Assembly: GCA_019429125.1 (NCBI GenBank)
Contig: JAHYJO010000018.1
Coordinates: 1-21,730, forward strand
Length of the DNA stretch: 21,730 bases
Reading direction: 5' to 3'
Source: Nanobdellati archaeon
Lineage (GTDB): Archaea > EX4484-52 > GLR71
The stretch's first letter is position 1. Every line of letters begins with the position of its first letter. The position numbers were made by a program, and so were the translations under genes. The notes under the pieces are model-generated. The model saw only the letters and a list, made by a program, of their open reading frames with translations. It did not search any database and was not told the DNA's origin. This document shows positions 1-8,746 of the stretch, piece by piece.

Positions 1-275
1 TTATTTGTATTTTGGCGTTCTTAATTGAAAAAATTATAGAACGATTCACAAATGGAAGTGCAGAAAGTATAATTGATGAACTTAAAAGAGTTAGAATTTC
101 TGAAATTAATATGGGTTCTTTAAAGACAAAAATAATTACAGAATATAGTAAAGAAACTGAAGATATTTTCAAAAAACTTAAGATTGAATCACCTTCTTTA
201 AATTTAATTCGTAACTAGGAAATTGGCTGTAGTGCCCAAATTCGGCGGTCTTTTCCGGGAAGTCCCAAACTTGAG
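1..275 (+). mobile_element. Right end of a probable IS1634-family insertion sequence
   Basis: The transposase tail is followed by a locally GC-rich stretch, TGTAGTGCCCAAA...GTCCCAAACTTGAG (228-275), resembling right-end sequences of this family as recalled. The left end and target duplication are not in the window. Confidence 0.5.
3..218 (+). CDS. C-terminal end of a transposase, probably IS1634 family (5' part lies outside the window)
   Basis: The frame is open from the window edge: ICILAFLIEKIIE...SAESIIDELKRV...TEYSKETEDIFKKLKIESP. This resembles, from memory, the IS1634 transposase tail (H.FIC.LA..L...LE ... S...I.EELK.I ... T.....Q..IF..L.I..P). Confidence 0.65.
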   Translation: MCILAFLIEKIIERFTNGSAESIIDELKRVRISEINMGSLKTKIITEYSKETEDIFKKLKIESPSLNLIRN

Positions 276-505
276 ATATATGAGCTGTCTACAATTTTTT
301 GCGGTATGCATGAGGTCTCTTTTCCGATTATTATGTAATTTTTATTTTTGTATATTGTCAGCAAAAAATCCATTAATTCTTTGTCTTGTATATATTCTGG
401 TTCGCCTATTGAATAGAACATTACCATAATCTCTCCTCGGTTAAGTTCATCCTCAACAAATTGTTGCCATGTGAAATCTTTTTAAGGTTGACCTAGATAA
501 TTCAT
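276..505 (-). pseudogene. Remnant of a hypothetical gene cut by the IS
   Basis: ORF 215..427(-) runs into the inferred IS end after ...DSSYI. The same frame extends upstream (KDFTWQQFVEDELNRGEI) to an in-frame TAA, beyond which lies MNYLGQP. A GAGGAG motif also precedes the ATG at 427. Confidence 0.35.
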
Positions 506-573
506 AAGTACCCAGACATTTTGTTTTCATATCAGACAAAGCTATATAAACACATAGCTGTAAATTATGGTAT

Positions 574-1854
574 ATGTCTAATTATTCATCTCTTTTTATT
601 CTTCTTGCCCTCATTGCCCTCGTATATATATTGGACCGTAAGAATTTCAAAAAAGAAGGGACTTTGTTTTATCTGCGCAGGACTGAGAAAGGTCTGAAGT
701 TTATTGAACTTTTTTCTGTTAAACATAAGAAATTTTTTGGGATATTTGCTGATCTTGGGATACTGTTCAGTTTCGGGACACTGGGTGCATGGTATCTTTT
801 AAAGTGTAAGAAAGCAACAGGTGTGTTATGGAAGACTATTATTTCATTTTCACTTTTTTATATGGTATTTGGTGTGCTATTAAAGATTATATTTTCTGGA
901 GTTTTGTCTTTGTTTGGTGCGTCTGGATTCATTGTCGCTTATCTACTAAAATCTGCCATGGATATAATTACTGCGCCAGCAAGTGTTGCTGCGGTTCAGT
1001 TAGTGTTGCCAATCAATATACCTAATATACCAATATTTTATGTGCCTATTGACTTATGGTTGATATCTATATTTGTCATACTTGTAGCTCATGAATTCTC
1101 TCATGCGTTTGTCGCAAAGGCACAAGGTATCAATGTCAAAGCACTCGGTTACGGGTTCCTTGCGATATTGCCTTTAGGTTTTGCTGAGCCTGATGAGAAA
1201 CAGATTAAGAAGTCAAAGTCTCTTGTTAAGACGCGTATATATGGGGCAGGGTCATTTGCTAATTTTATTGTCGCTTTGATGTCTATACCTTTATTAATTG
1301 GAGTTATGTTTGCATATTCACATTCGGTTGATGTTGTCGGTGTATCTTATAATGATACGATTTCTGATATGCCTGCGGATGGTCTTCTTCCTATGGGTGG
1401 AACAATAACTATGATTTCTGGAAATGAAACTCTTGATATTTACAATTTATCTTTAGTGTTGAACTCTTTTGGACCAGGGGATACGATAACAGTTACAGTT
1501 GATGGTGCGAATTATGATTTGGTTCTTGCAGCTAATCCTGATAATTCAAGTCGCGCGTTTATAGGTATATCAAATCTGGAACAGGAAACTGTCAATACAA
1601 TTCCTGGACATATGGGTGGAATTATAGTTTCTGTATTGTTGTATCTTTTGACTTTGTTTAATTTCATATTTGGTCTTAATCTTGGAATCGGTCTTTTTAA
1701 TCTTCTTCCAATTAAACCCCTTGATGGTGGATTTATGTTTGATGAGATTGTCAAGACTACGGGTGTTAAACGTTTTGAAAATGTTGCACGATTCGTATCA
1801 ATTTCAGTATTGTTACTTTTAATGTTTAATATACTGGTTCCGTTTTTTCTTTGA
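574..1854 (+). CDS. Site-2 protease (peptidase M50) intramembrane zinc metalloprotease with PDZ-like insert
   Basis: HEFSH zinc motif, GFAEPDE, GAGSFAN and NLLPIKPLDGG motifs; multiple hydrophobic segments; a soluble PDZ-like region (MPADG...GPGDTITVTV...FIGI). Confidence 0.95.
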   Translation: MSNYSSLFILLALIALVYILDRKNFKKEGTLFYLRRTEKGLKFIELFSVKHKKFFGIFADLGILFSFGTLGAWYLLKCKKATGVLWKTIISFSLFYMVFGVLLKIIFSGVLSLFGASGFIVAYLLKSAMDIITAPASVAAVQLVLPINIPNIPIFYVPIDLWLISIFVILVAHEFSHAFVAKAQGINVKALGYGFLAILPLGFAEPDEKQIKKSKSLVKTRIYGAGSFANFIVALMSIPLLIGVMFAYSHSVDVVGVSYNDTISDMPADGLLPMGGTITMISGNETLDIYNLSLVLNSFGPGDTITVTVDGANYDLVLAANPDNSSRAFIGISNLEQETVNTIPGHMGGIIVSVLLYLLTLFNFIFGLNLGIGLFNLLPIKPLDGGFMFDEIVKTTGVKRFENVARFVSISVLLLLMFNILVPFFL

Positions 1855-1870
1855 TTTTTTGTTTTTTTTT
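1855..1870 (+). terminator. Oligo-T tract, possible archaeal terminator
   Basis: TTTTTTGTTTTTTTTT directly follows the S2P stop codon. Confidence 0.45.
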
Positions 1871-1909
1871 GAACAATTAATTTTTAAGTATTCAGAATAA
1901 AAGCAGTCT

Positions 1910-2518
1910 ATGATATTTCAATATAAGGATTTTTCAATCGAGACAGATAACAATGTATATGAACCATCGGAGGATACTTATCTTTTGATTTCTGCGCTAG
2001 AGAAGATTGTTCTGAAAAAAGATTTTAAGATTCTTGAAGTTGGTTGTGGTACTGGGATTGTTAGTATTTCTTTGTCTTCTAAAGTTGCATCAGTTGTAGC
2101 TTGTGATATTAATTCTTATGCTGTAAAATTGGCTTTATCTAATGTTGAAAAAAATAGATGTAATAATGTTAAAGTTATTGAATCTGATTTGTTTAGTAAT
2201 ATTTCTGGTAAATTTGATTTGATTGTGTTTAACACTCCTTATCTTCCGCAAGATGCTGATGAGGATGTTTCCGGTGAGATTAATTATGCATGGGATGGAG
2301 GTGTGGATGGTCGGAAAGTCATTGATAGGTTTCTATCTGGAGTTTCGGATTTTCTTTCTGAAAAAGGTTGTATTCTCTTTTTAGAGTCATCTCTGTCTTC
2401 TTATGAGAAATCTATTAAATCTCTTGAATCTGTGGGGTTTCAGGTTGATGTTATAGGTAGACAAAAATTACATTTTGAAGAACTGGTCGTGGTTCGCGCG
2501 GTTAGAGGATTATCTTAA
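1910..2518 (+). CDS. HemK2/Mtq2-family SAM-dependent methyltransferase (probable release factor glutamine methyltransferase)
   Basis: VYEPSEDTYLL, SAM motif LEVGCGTG, FNTPY (NPPY-type), WDGGVDGR and C-terminal FEEL. Confidence 0.9.
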   Translation: MIFQYKDFSIETDNNVYEPSEDTYLLISALEKIVLKKDFKILEVGCGTGIVSISLSSKVASVVACDINSYAVKLALSNVEKNRCNNVKVIESDLFSNISGKFDLIVFNTPYLPQDADEDVSGEINYAWDGGVDGRKVIDRFLSGVSDFLSEKGCILFLESSLSSYEKSIKSLESVGFQVDVIGRQKLHFEELVVVRAVRGLS

Positions 2519-5083
2519 TTTTTCTTTGTCTGCAATCTCGGCATTTGTTGCTCTTGCTATATTACCCATGAATGTGAAATCTGCTGGTTTGTAGAAGAAC
2601 ATGTCACGCATAGGATCTAGACCGTGCGCTTTTATAGCCTGTACCTGCATTGCATAGAAATTGGCGTCAATGCCGAAGAATTGTTCTGGGAGCTCAGTTG
2701 GTTTTGTGTTTTTTTTAAGTTCTCCTGCTAGGGCTCTTAAGGCCAATGGCGCTTCATAAGTGCCACCGCCTGTATCTTTACCAACTTCCCAAACTAAGTA
2801 TGCAGCTTTCATACCTTTATCTTTTAAAACGTAGAGCCAATTATAGATGTATTCAACATCAAAAGACATCTTTTTTATTATTTTATGAAGACCTTGCGCA
2901 CCTGATGGTGGATTTATGTGAATCATTGATATATATTTTGCGTCATCCCCCTCTAAAAGAGCTATTTGTTGACGTGGATTAAGAAGATTTCCTGTTAGGT
3001 GCTCAAAGTCCATTGTATATGAGACATTATCGAAACCATAATGGTCTTTAAATGCTTTAATTATCTCTATATGGTCTGTCAAACTCATTATTCGTACTTT
3101 GCCTCGCCATTCTTCATTTAAGACATCTTGTGTTTCTATGAAAAAATGAACACCTTCATCAAACATATATCTATATATACTTTTTATATTTTCAAATACC
3201 ATCACTTTTGAGGAGTCTATCATTATATTTTTTTCTTGTCTATCCATACTGCCTTTGAAATGATTTTTTTCTCCTGGTTTTGAACTTTCAAGATAAAGAT
3301 TTCTGTCTGTTTCCATTGGTCTGTCAAGGTGTCCTTGAATATATTTTGCAGATACTGCGGCGACTAATTTTCTTAAGGGTATAATAATACCACCACCAGT
3401 AACGTTGGTGTATGCAATTATGTTATCGGGGTCAAGAAAACGAATCTTATTTTCTTTGTCTGTTTCATTAAAGTCTCCGAAAAGTTCGCGTTTATGTTTT
3501 TCTACATTTTTTTTGTTTTCATCCCACCAAGTACTTACTTCTCGATCTTCTATGACAATCTTTTCGTAAAGGTGGTCTTTTATGATATACATCCATTTGG
3601 CAAGTGTTCTATAAGCTACCTGTTCTTCGCCTTCCGAACCTTTTTGAACCCAATAGTCAAAATTTTTGGAAACGTTTCTTCGTGTATAATATTGCATAAC
3701 ATCAAGATAACCGTTCTCTTTAACATCTTCAAGAATTTTAATTTGTTCTTTAAGGTTTTTTATTTCTGAAACTTCAGTTATAAATGGGTGTTCTGATGGT
3801 GTTGTTTCACTTTCATCATTTTTTGTTCCTTCACCAATACTTTTATTAAATAAATCCAGAATGCCAGAAAAATCTCTGTCAAAAATATCTTTAGTAGTAA
3901 AACCATGTTGTTTTTCATGTGTGAGGATTGTATTGAAATAATAATCATATTCTTTTCTAAAATCAAAATACTCGTCAATGGTTGCATCATCTTTTTTTAA
4001 TTCAATTGAGTCTTTTTCATTGCTTGTTTTAAGCATCTCATTTATTTTATATTGTACATAATTGATTAGGTTTTCAGGGGGTATATCTTTTTCTTTTGGG
4101 AGGTATTTTGTTATTATTTTTTGTAATTCCATATTTTTAGAGTTATCAAGTTTATCTATTATTTTTCTCCAAGTACCAATGTCTCTGTCGAATAATTTTT
4201 TAAATACACCATATGCTTTATTATAATTATCTTTTATTTCACGGAACGTTTCTACATTTTTCATAGAAACCATTATGCTTGCTTCAGGTATTGTTCCTGG
4301 AAACCAGATGTCTTTGACAAATTTTGATATGGCCCAGTCTTTCAGTGTAGGTTCTGTTTCATTTTCTTTACATTTTGGTTTTAGTAAAACATTATATTTG
4401 TCTATTTTGTCTTGGTCTAAAATACTATCCTCATTTGCTGAATAGATATTCCATTTTAATCGAGGCACAAGAGGAGTTGTCTTATCAAGTAATCTCTTTC
4501 GTGTCTCATGATCATAACATAAAGGTGATTCAATGAATGTAGCAAGATTGTCTTTCCAAGGTGTCAGTAATGTGCTTGGTTGTGTTCTTGATGCTGCTTC
4601 TCCAAATTCAAGGATAGGTGTTGATGCGCTGTGCATCAGGATAAAGTTTGCCTTTACGACTTCGGTTGCGCCTAATACACCTGTCACTAAAGATTTATGA
4701 TTGACTTCCCAGATGGGACCGAGTGCGCTTGTGAGGTCTAGATTAACTCTTAGATGAATTCCTAAATCCATTCTATGTGTCTCTCGTATCTGTTTTATCC
4801 TTTCTGCAAGATGTGGCTCAAGAATTTCTGCATCATTCCAGAGATCAAGTTCAAGAAAATCGTAACCTTCTTTTGCGCCCTTGACTATTTTTCCGGCAAG
4901 CCCAGCATAATTGAGCATTGCACCCCCTACAATTGTTGGTTCACCAGGTGTTCCTGCAACTATATAGTCGGTTGGGCGGTTGGTTTTGGGGTCAAGGGGT
5001 GTGTGGTAAACAGTTCTGCGACCTTTGTAATTAATAGGAAATTGTGGCGCATTGTTTGTATTATTTTTCTTTGTCTCAGCCAT
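2510..5083 (-). CDS. Large hypothetical protein with a split xylose-isomerase/AP-endonuclease-2-like TIM barrel and a ~480-aa helical insertion
   Basis: 857-aa ORF with SD GAGG. Strand-end motifs occur in family order: FLELDL, LGIHL, ILMHSAS, [insert], FFIETQD, YTMDFEH, MIHINPP..GLH, LVWEVG. The fold call is from motif recognition only. Confidence 0.65.
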   Translation of the reverse strand: MAETKKNNTNNAPQFPINYKGRRTVYHTPLDPKTNRPTDYIVAGTPGEPTIVGGAMLNYAGLAGKIVKGAKEGYDFLELDLWNDAEILEPHLAERIKQIRETHRMDLGIHLRVNLDLTSALGPIWEVNHKSLVTGVLGATEVVKANFILMHSASTPILEFGEAASRTQPSTLLTPWKDNLATFIESPLCYDHETRKRLLDKTTPLVPRLKWNIYSANEDSILDQDKIDKYNVLLKPKCKENETEPTLKDWAISKFVKDIWFPGTIPEASIMVSMKNVETFREIKDNYNKAYGVFKKLFDRDIGTWRKIIDKLDNSKNMELQKIITKYLPKEKDIPPENLINYVQYKINEMLKTSNEKDSIELKKDDATIDEYFDFRKEYDYYFNTILTHEKQHGFTTKDIFDRDFSGILDLFNKSIGEGTKNDESETTPSEHPFITEVSEIKNLKEQIKILEDVKENGYLDVMQYYTRRNVSKNFDYWVQKGSEGEEQVAYRTLAKWMYIIKDHLYEKIVIEDREVSTWWDENKKNVEKHKRELFGDFNETDKENKIRFLDPDNIIAYTNVTGGGIIIPLRKLVAAVSAKYIQGHLDRPMETDRNLYLESSKPGEKNHFKGSMDRQEKNIMIDSSKVMVFENIKSIYRYMFDEGVHFFIETQDVLNEEWRGKVRIMSLTDHIEIIKAFKDHYGFDNVSYTMDFEHLTGNLLNPRQQIALLEGDDAKYISMIHINPPSGAQGLHKIIKKMSFDVEYIYNWLYVLKDKGMKAAYLVWEVGKDTGGGTYEAPLALRALAGELKKNTKPTELPEQFFGIDANFYAMQVQAIKAHGLDPMRDMFFYKPADFTFMGNIARATNAEIADKEKLR

Positions 5084-5118
5084 AGCAATCCTCTCTAATG
5101 TTCTCTAATCTTTATTTC

Positions 5119-5616
5119 TTATTTCAATTCTTGCATACCACTTATGTTCTTGAATGTGTCTCTTAATTTGTATATATATTTCTCAGAAGTTATTCTGCAT
5201 CTGTTCCTGTATGTTTTGTAGAATGACTTGTAATACATCCACCAGAGCGTTTTCTGAAAAGAATTTACGTAAGGAAATTTAGTCTCAAGAACTCCGTATA
5301 TCTTTATGTTTATTGAGCCTTCATGTGTCTTAAGGTTTTCCTGGCCACTATAATCTGTATATAGAAATACATTTGTAAATTGGTCATAACCTCTTTTTGC
5401 ATGTATGTGGGTACGAAAACTGCCATCTGTTGCATCGTATTTGAATAATGATGTGTACAGACCACTTGAAGCTACATCAGCTCCAATTTTCATTATCATC
5501 TCTGCTTGTTTAAAAATGGTCAGAGGTCTTGGACCTTTATAGTTTATCGTTATCTTTTCAACTGGTGAAAGTACATAATCTTTGATGGTTATTTCATTCA
5601 AACTTTCTTTAGCCAC
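5119..5616 (-). CDS. Hypothetical protein, paralogue of the upstream 173-aa protein
   Basis: 165-aa ORF with a GTG start overlapping the upstream stop. Shares ITINYxGPxP and FP...Q...W....FY...R motifs with 5609..6130. Confidence 0.85.
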   Translation of the reverse strand: MAKESLNEITIKDYVLSPVEKITINYKGPRPLTIFKQAEMIMKIGADVASSGLYTSLFKYDATDGSFRTHIHAKRGYDQFTNVFLYTDYSGQENLKTHEGSINIKIYGVLETKFPYVNSFQKTLWWMYYKSFYKTYRNRCRITSEKYIYKLRDTFKNISGMQELK

Positions 5617-6130
5617 CTTGTCTCAACTCCTCTGCATACTGTTTTAAACCTTCAGCAAAGTCATTTGTAATCTTTTTGGTGAATTCATGATATCTGTCTC
5701 TCTTTTTCTGATAGAAAAGAGTCATCCAAAGACGCCATCCTAATTGCCAGAATATTGTCTGTTGTAAGAGTGTGTCTTGTGGAAATTCGCTCCAGAGTTG
5801 AGGCTCAAATAATATTTTTGCGGTTCCATTAGAACCTTCAACAAAACCTTCAAGTCCCACTTCTATTTTTGCAAAAGAATATACATCAAATACTTTAGAA
5901 ACTATCCAGCTGAACTTGAATTTTTGTTTTTCTCCTGCCTTTTCCCAAGTGTAAGTTACTTCCTGTATGTGTTCTTCAGGTACTTTGAATACTGTCACCA
6001 TCAGTTCACGGACTTTGTTGTAGAATCTTTGTGGATTTGGACCTGAATAGTTTATAGTTATGTCTTTCCTGAATTTTGACTTATCATAAACGTCATCGTA
6101 AATTGTTAACTTTGTCCTTGCAAAAACCAT
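5609..6130 (-). CDS. Hypothetical protein, first gene of the leftward operon
   Basis: 173-aa ORF with SD GAGG before the ATG. Alternating beta-strand pattern followed by a Trp/Tyr-rich C-terminal helix. Confidence 0.85.
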   Translation of the reverse strand: MVFARTKLTIYDDVYDKSKFRKDITINYSGPNPQRFYNKVRELMVTVFKVPEEHIQEVTYTWEKAGEKQKFKFSWIVSKVFDVYSFAKIEVGLEGFVEGSNGTAKILFEPQLWSEFPQDTLLQQTIFWQLGWRLWMTLFYQKKRDRYHEFTKKITNDFAEGLKQYAEELRQGG

Positions 6131-6294
6131 AAATATCCTCTTTAAATATTATTGATGTCTGTGGTATATATATATTATCTGTCTTGATTGGATATATGAT
6201 GTGGTGTAATTAATGGCTTAGTGCGGTTGTTTATAAATTCATATTTTAATAAATACCAATAATCTATTTAAATATGTAAATATATTTAATTGAT
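6131..6294. promoter_or_regulatory. Divergent promoter region with candidate TATA boxes
   Basis: AT-rich spacer between divergent genes, containing TATATATATA (~6166-6175), TTTATAAA (~6230-6237) and TTTAAATA (~6267-6274). Confidence 0.5.
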
Positions 6295-6627
6295 ATGGAA
6301 ATTATTCCTGCAATTATGGTTGGTTTCGGATTATTTATTATTTTCTATACTGCAATCCGAAATGAAAAAGCAGTGAATGACTTGATATTTCAAAAAAATA
6401 TTATTTTTGCAATCCTTCTTGTGGGTATAGGTGCCTATATACTTTTTTCTGGTGTGTCTGCTTCGTTATTGAGGATGAAATTTATAGGTCTTGTATTGGC
6501 TTTATTTGGTTTTTTCCTCACATTTAAGTTTCCATATTGTGGTGCATATAATCGTGGAATGGATGGGACTGCAATGTTTTTTGGGATAATCATATTTATT
6601 GTAGGTCTTATTGTCTTGATCTTTTGA
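6295..6627 (+). CDS. Small integral membrane protein (about 4 TM segments), unknown function
   Basis: 110-aa ORF with four hydrophobic stretches separated by short polar loops. Confidence 0.8.
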   Translation: MEIIPAIMVGFGLFIIFYTAIRNEKAVNDLIFQKNIIFAILLVGIGAYILFSGVSASLLRMKFIGLVLALFGFFLTFKFPYCGAYNRGMDGTAMFFGIIIFIVGLIVLIF

Positions 6628-6708
6628 GTATTATATATTTTGTAAGTATTTTTCACAAAATTTTAATATACTAGTTAATTATAAGTAATTGTATCAGTTG
6701 GGTTTGTT

Positions 6709-8670
6709 ATGGGCGTTGATAGTTTAAGTTGGGAGAAAGGCGGTCTGGGTGATGGTCATCCTGATCATATGAAACGGAGTGGTTGGGTGGCTGTAGGTCT
6801 CAATACTTATCGTAAAGTCAATCTAACATCTACTTTAGGAGCTACACAAGGTATATATGATGGTCTTCTTTTCGGGTTGGGTAATAAGGAATATAAAATT
6901 ATGAAAGTCAATGAAGATTTTCATGTAACTCCGCATGCACAGAATCCGTTTTACCAGAATGCAAAGGCACAGAGGGGTGAGCTTGAAAGAATCATAAGTA
7001 CTACTCTTAATGATATTGGTAATGAGGTAGGGCAATGGCAGCTTCTTCAGCATGATGTAAGGAAAGCTGAGGAGATGCTCAATTATTATACTTCTGATGA
7101 TGAGGCAGCACTTAAAACTATTTTTGTTGATCAGGTTGATTATTATACTGGCGGTGGTGGTGGCCAGGGTGAAGGACGGCTCAGTATGGCATTTATGCGC
7201 AAATCAAATATAATGCCCACTATTGTTGAAGATTTTCTTAGTATGGCAAATTTGGATGATCTTGCTGAAGGGGGCTCATTAGGTAAACTGCCACAGGTGG
7301 AAAAGAATTTTCTTAAAGCTAAATGGGCTGCATTTGCGCAGTGGAAAAATCTGTTCAAGGACGGGATAGATGAAAGATACCGGACTGTGAAATCACTCTG
7401 CAATTCTAAAGAGAGATTTATTGCAGAGAGACGGAATTGGCTCAAGCCACATGTTATGCAGCATAAGATGCTCAATAATTCATTGTCTACTGAGGGGGGA
7501 AGAGCTGGTCAGAATAATAATTTCTTTGACAGACCAGGGGAGTCAAGAAGCTTTACAAACCAGACTGTATGGCTTTGGAAACCTATAAGGACACGGCATA
7601 ATATTGACAGGGTTCCTGATGAGATGTATCAAAATCCTAGATATTTGGGTAAAAATGCTAAATATGGAGTGGTTAAAGCTTACGATTATCATGTACAGGA
7701 AAAATTTATTTATAATGCTGACTCTAATAAAGGTGGTTTTGTCGGCAGATATAATTGGATTACTGAAAAACAGATTGAGGCTTATGTTGAAGGTCTGACT
7801 CATATGAGTGATGCACAACATAAATTTGATCATCATGGGAAGTTAGATGAGAATGAGTGGTATTATACAGTCTTTACGATTGATTTTGAAAAAATAATAT
7901 TTAATGTAATGGCAAATGGTTCGCCTACACCGTTTGAGGATGGTACTTGGACAATACACGGATATATTGTCACAAAAAATATGTTGCTTATGAAACTTTT
8001 AGAACGAACGTGTGAAGATGAAAAGATAGAGATTGAGATGAATGATATTATCAATATGGATACGGATAAATATTATCTTAAATACCATTGCACAAAAGAG
8101 TTCGGGTCATATATGATGACTAAAGAGAATATGGTGTATGCACACAAAAAAAAGATACTTAAAGGCAAAGATTTCAAAGCTGCAGATGAAAATGGTAAAT
8201 TGGATGTTGATGGGAAAAAGTATGTTGAATCAGATTTCATATTGTTTGCTGAAGATGACCTTAAAAAGCTTGAGGAAGATGGAGGGGCTGGTGGACTCTC
8301 TTTTGATAAGGCGGGCAATCTTTTAATACCTGGTAGTTATTATGATGGTGGTGTGCGTAAGATTCGTGATGTTGCACTTGATGTACTAAAAAAAATTGTT
8401 CAAAAAAAGATTCGTAAATTCAATGATCATAGTGATATTGTGTTGCAGAGGGTTTCTGCGCCAGTTAAAAATGAGAGCAAATTTGTAAAGACTACAAAAG
8501 GGTTTTTCAAGAATTTTGGTGTCGACTTTAAATGGAAGGTTGAGGACGGACCATACCAGAGCGAGATGCTGGACGCACTCACACAAGGCACTTTCAAGCT
8601 TGCAGGGAGCACTTTCTGGGGACCTGAGATAATAGGTCCGCTTTATAGTTCATTTAATATTCCTTGGTAA
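6709..8670 (+). CDS. Large hypothetical protein with a predicted helical/coiled-coil N-terminal half
   Basis: 653-aa ORF with no recognised catalytic motif. Segments ALKTIFVDQVD, MPTIVEDF, KWAAFAQWK and RNWLKPH resemble an uncharacterised DPANN family as recalled; Gly-rich loop TGGGGGQGEG. Confidence 0.85.
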   Translation: MGVDSLSWEKGGLGDGHPDHMKRSGWVAVGLNTYRKVNLTSTLGATQGIYDGLLFGLGNKEYKIMKVNEDFHVTPHAQNPFYQNAKAQRGELERIISTTLNDIGNEVGQWQLLQHDVRKAEEMLNYYTSDDEAALKTIFVDQVDYYTGGGGGQGEGRLSMAFMRKSNIMPTIVEDFLSMANLDDLAEGGSLGKLPQVEKNFLKAKWAAFAQWKNLFKDGIDERYRTVKSLCNSKERFIAERRNWLKPHVMQHKMLNNSLSTEGGRAGQNNNFFDRPGESRSFTNQTVWLWKPIRTRHNIDRVPDEMYQNPRYLGKNAKYGVVKAYDYHVQEKFIYNADSNKGGFVGRYNWITEKQIEAYVEGLTHMSDAQHKFDHHGKLDENEWYYTVFTIDFEKIIFNVMANGSPTPFEDGTWTIHGYIVTKNMLLMKLLERTCEDEKIEIEMNDIINMDTDKYYLKYHCTKEFGSYMMTKENMVYAHKKKILKGKDFKAADENGKLDVDGKKYVESDFILFAEDDLKKLEEDGGAGGLSFDKAGNLLIPGSYYDGGVRKIRDVALDVLKKIVQKKIRKFNDHSDIVLQRVSAPVKNESKFVKTTKGFFKNFGVDFKWKVEDGPYQSEMLDALTQGTFKLAGSTFWGPEIIGPLYSSFNIPW

Positions 8671-8746
8671 AAATGTAAGTAATATGGCAATGTTTTTAAA
8701 AGTAATAGCAACAATTAATAGTCCGTAATATGTAATTTATTATAAG

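Noticed and set aside
223-429. 68-aa + strand ORF
   Set aside because: It spans the inferred IS end, has an atypical Cys/Phe-rich composition and no SD; likely spurious.
1910-2518. DNA adenine methyltransferase or restriction-modification system (NTPY motif)
   Set aside because: The size and the YEPSEDT and WDGG.DGR motifs fit HemK2 protein methylases; there is no target-recognition domain or nuclease partner.
3200-4560. Intein as the explanation for the large insertion in the TIM-barrel protein
   Set aside because: No recognisable intein splice motifs (C/S start with HN-C/S/T end) or LAGLIDADG blocks.
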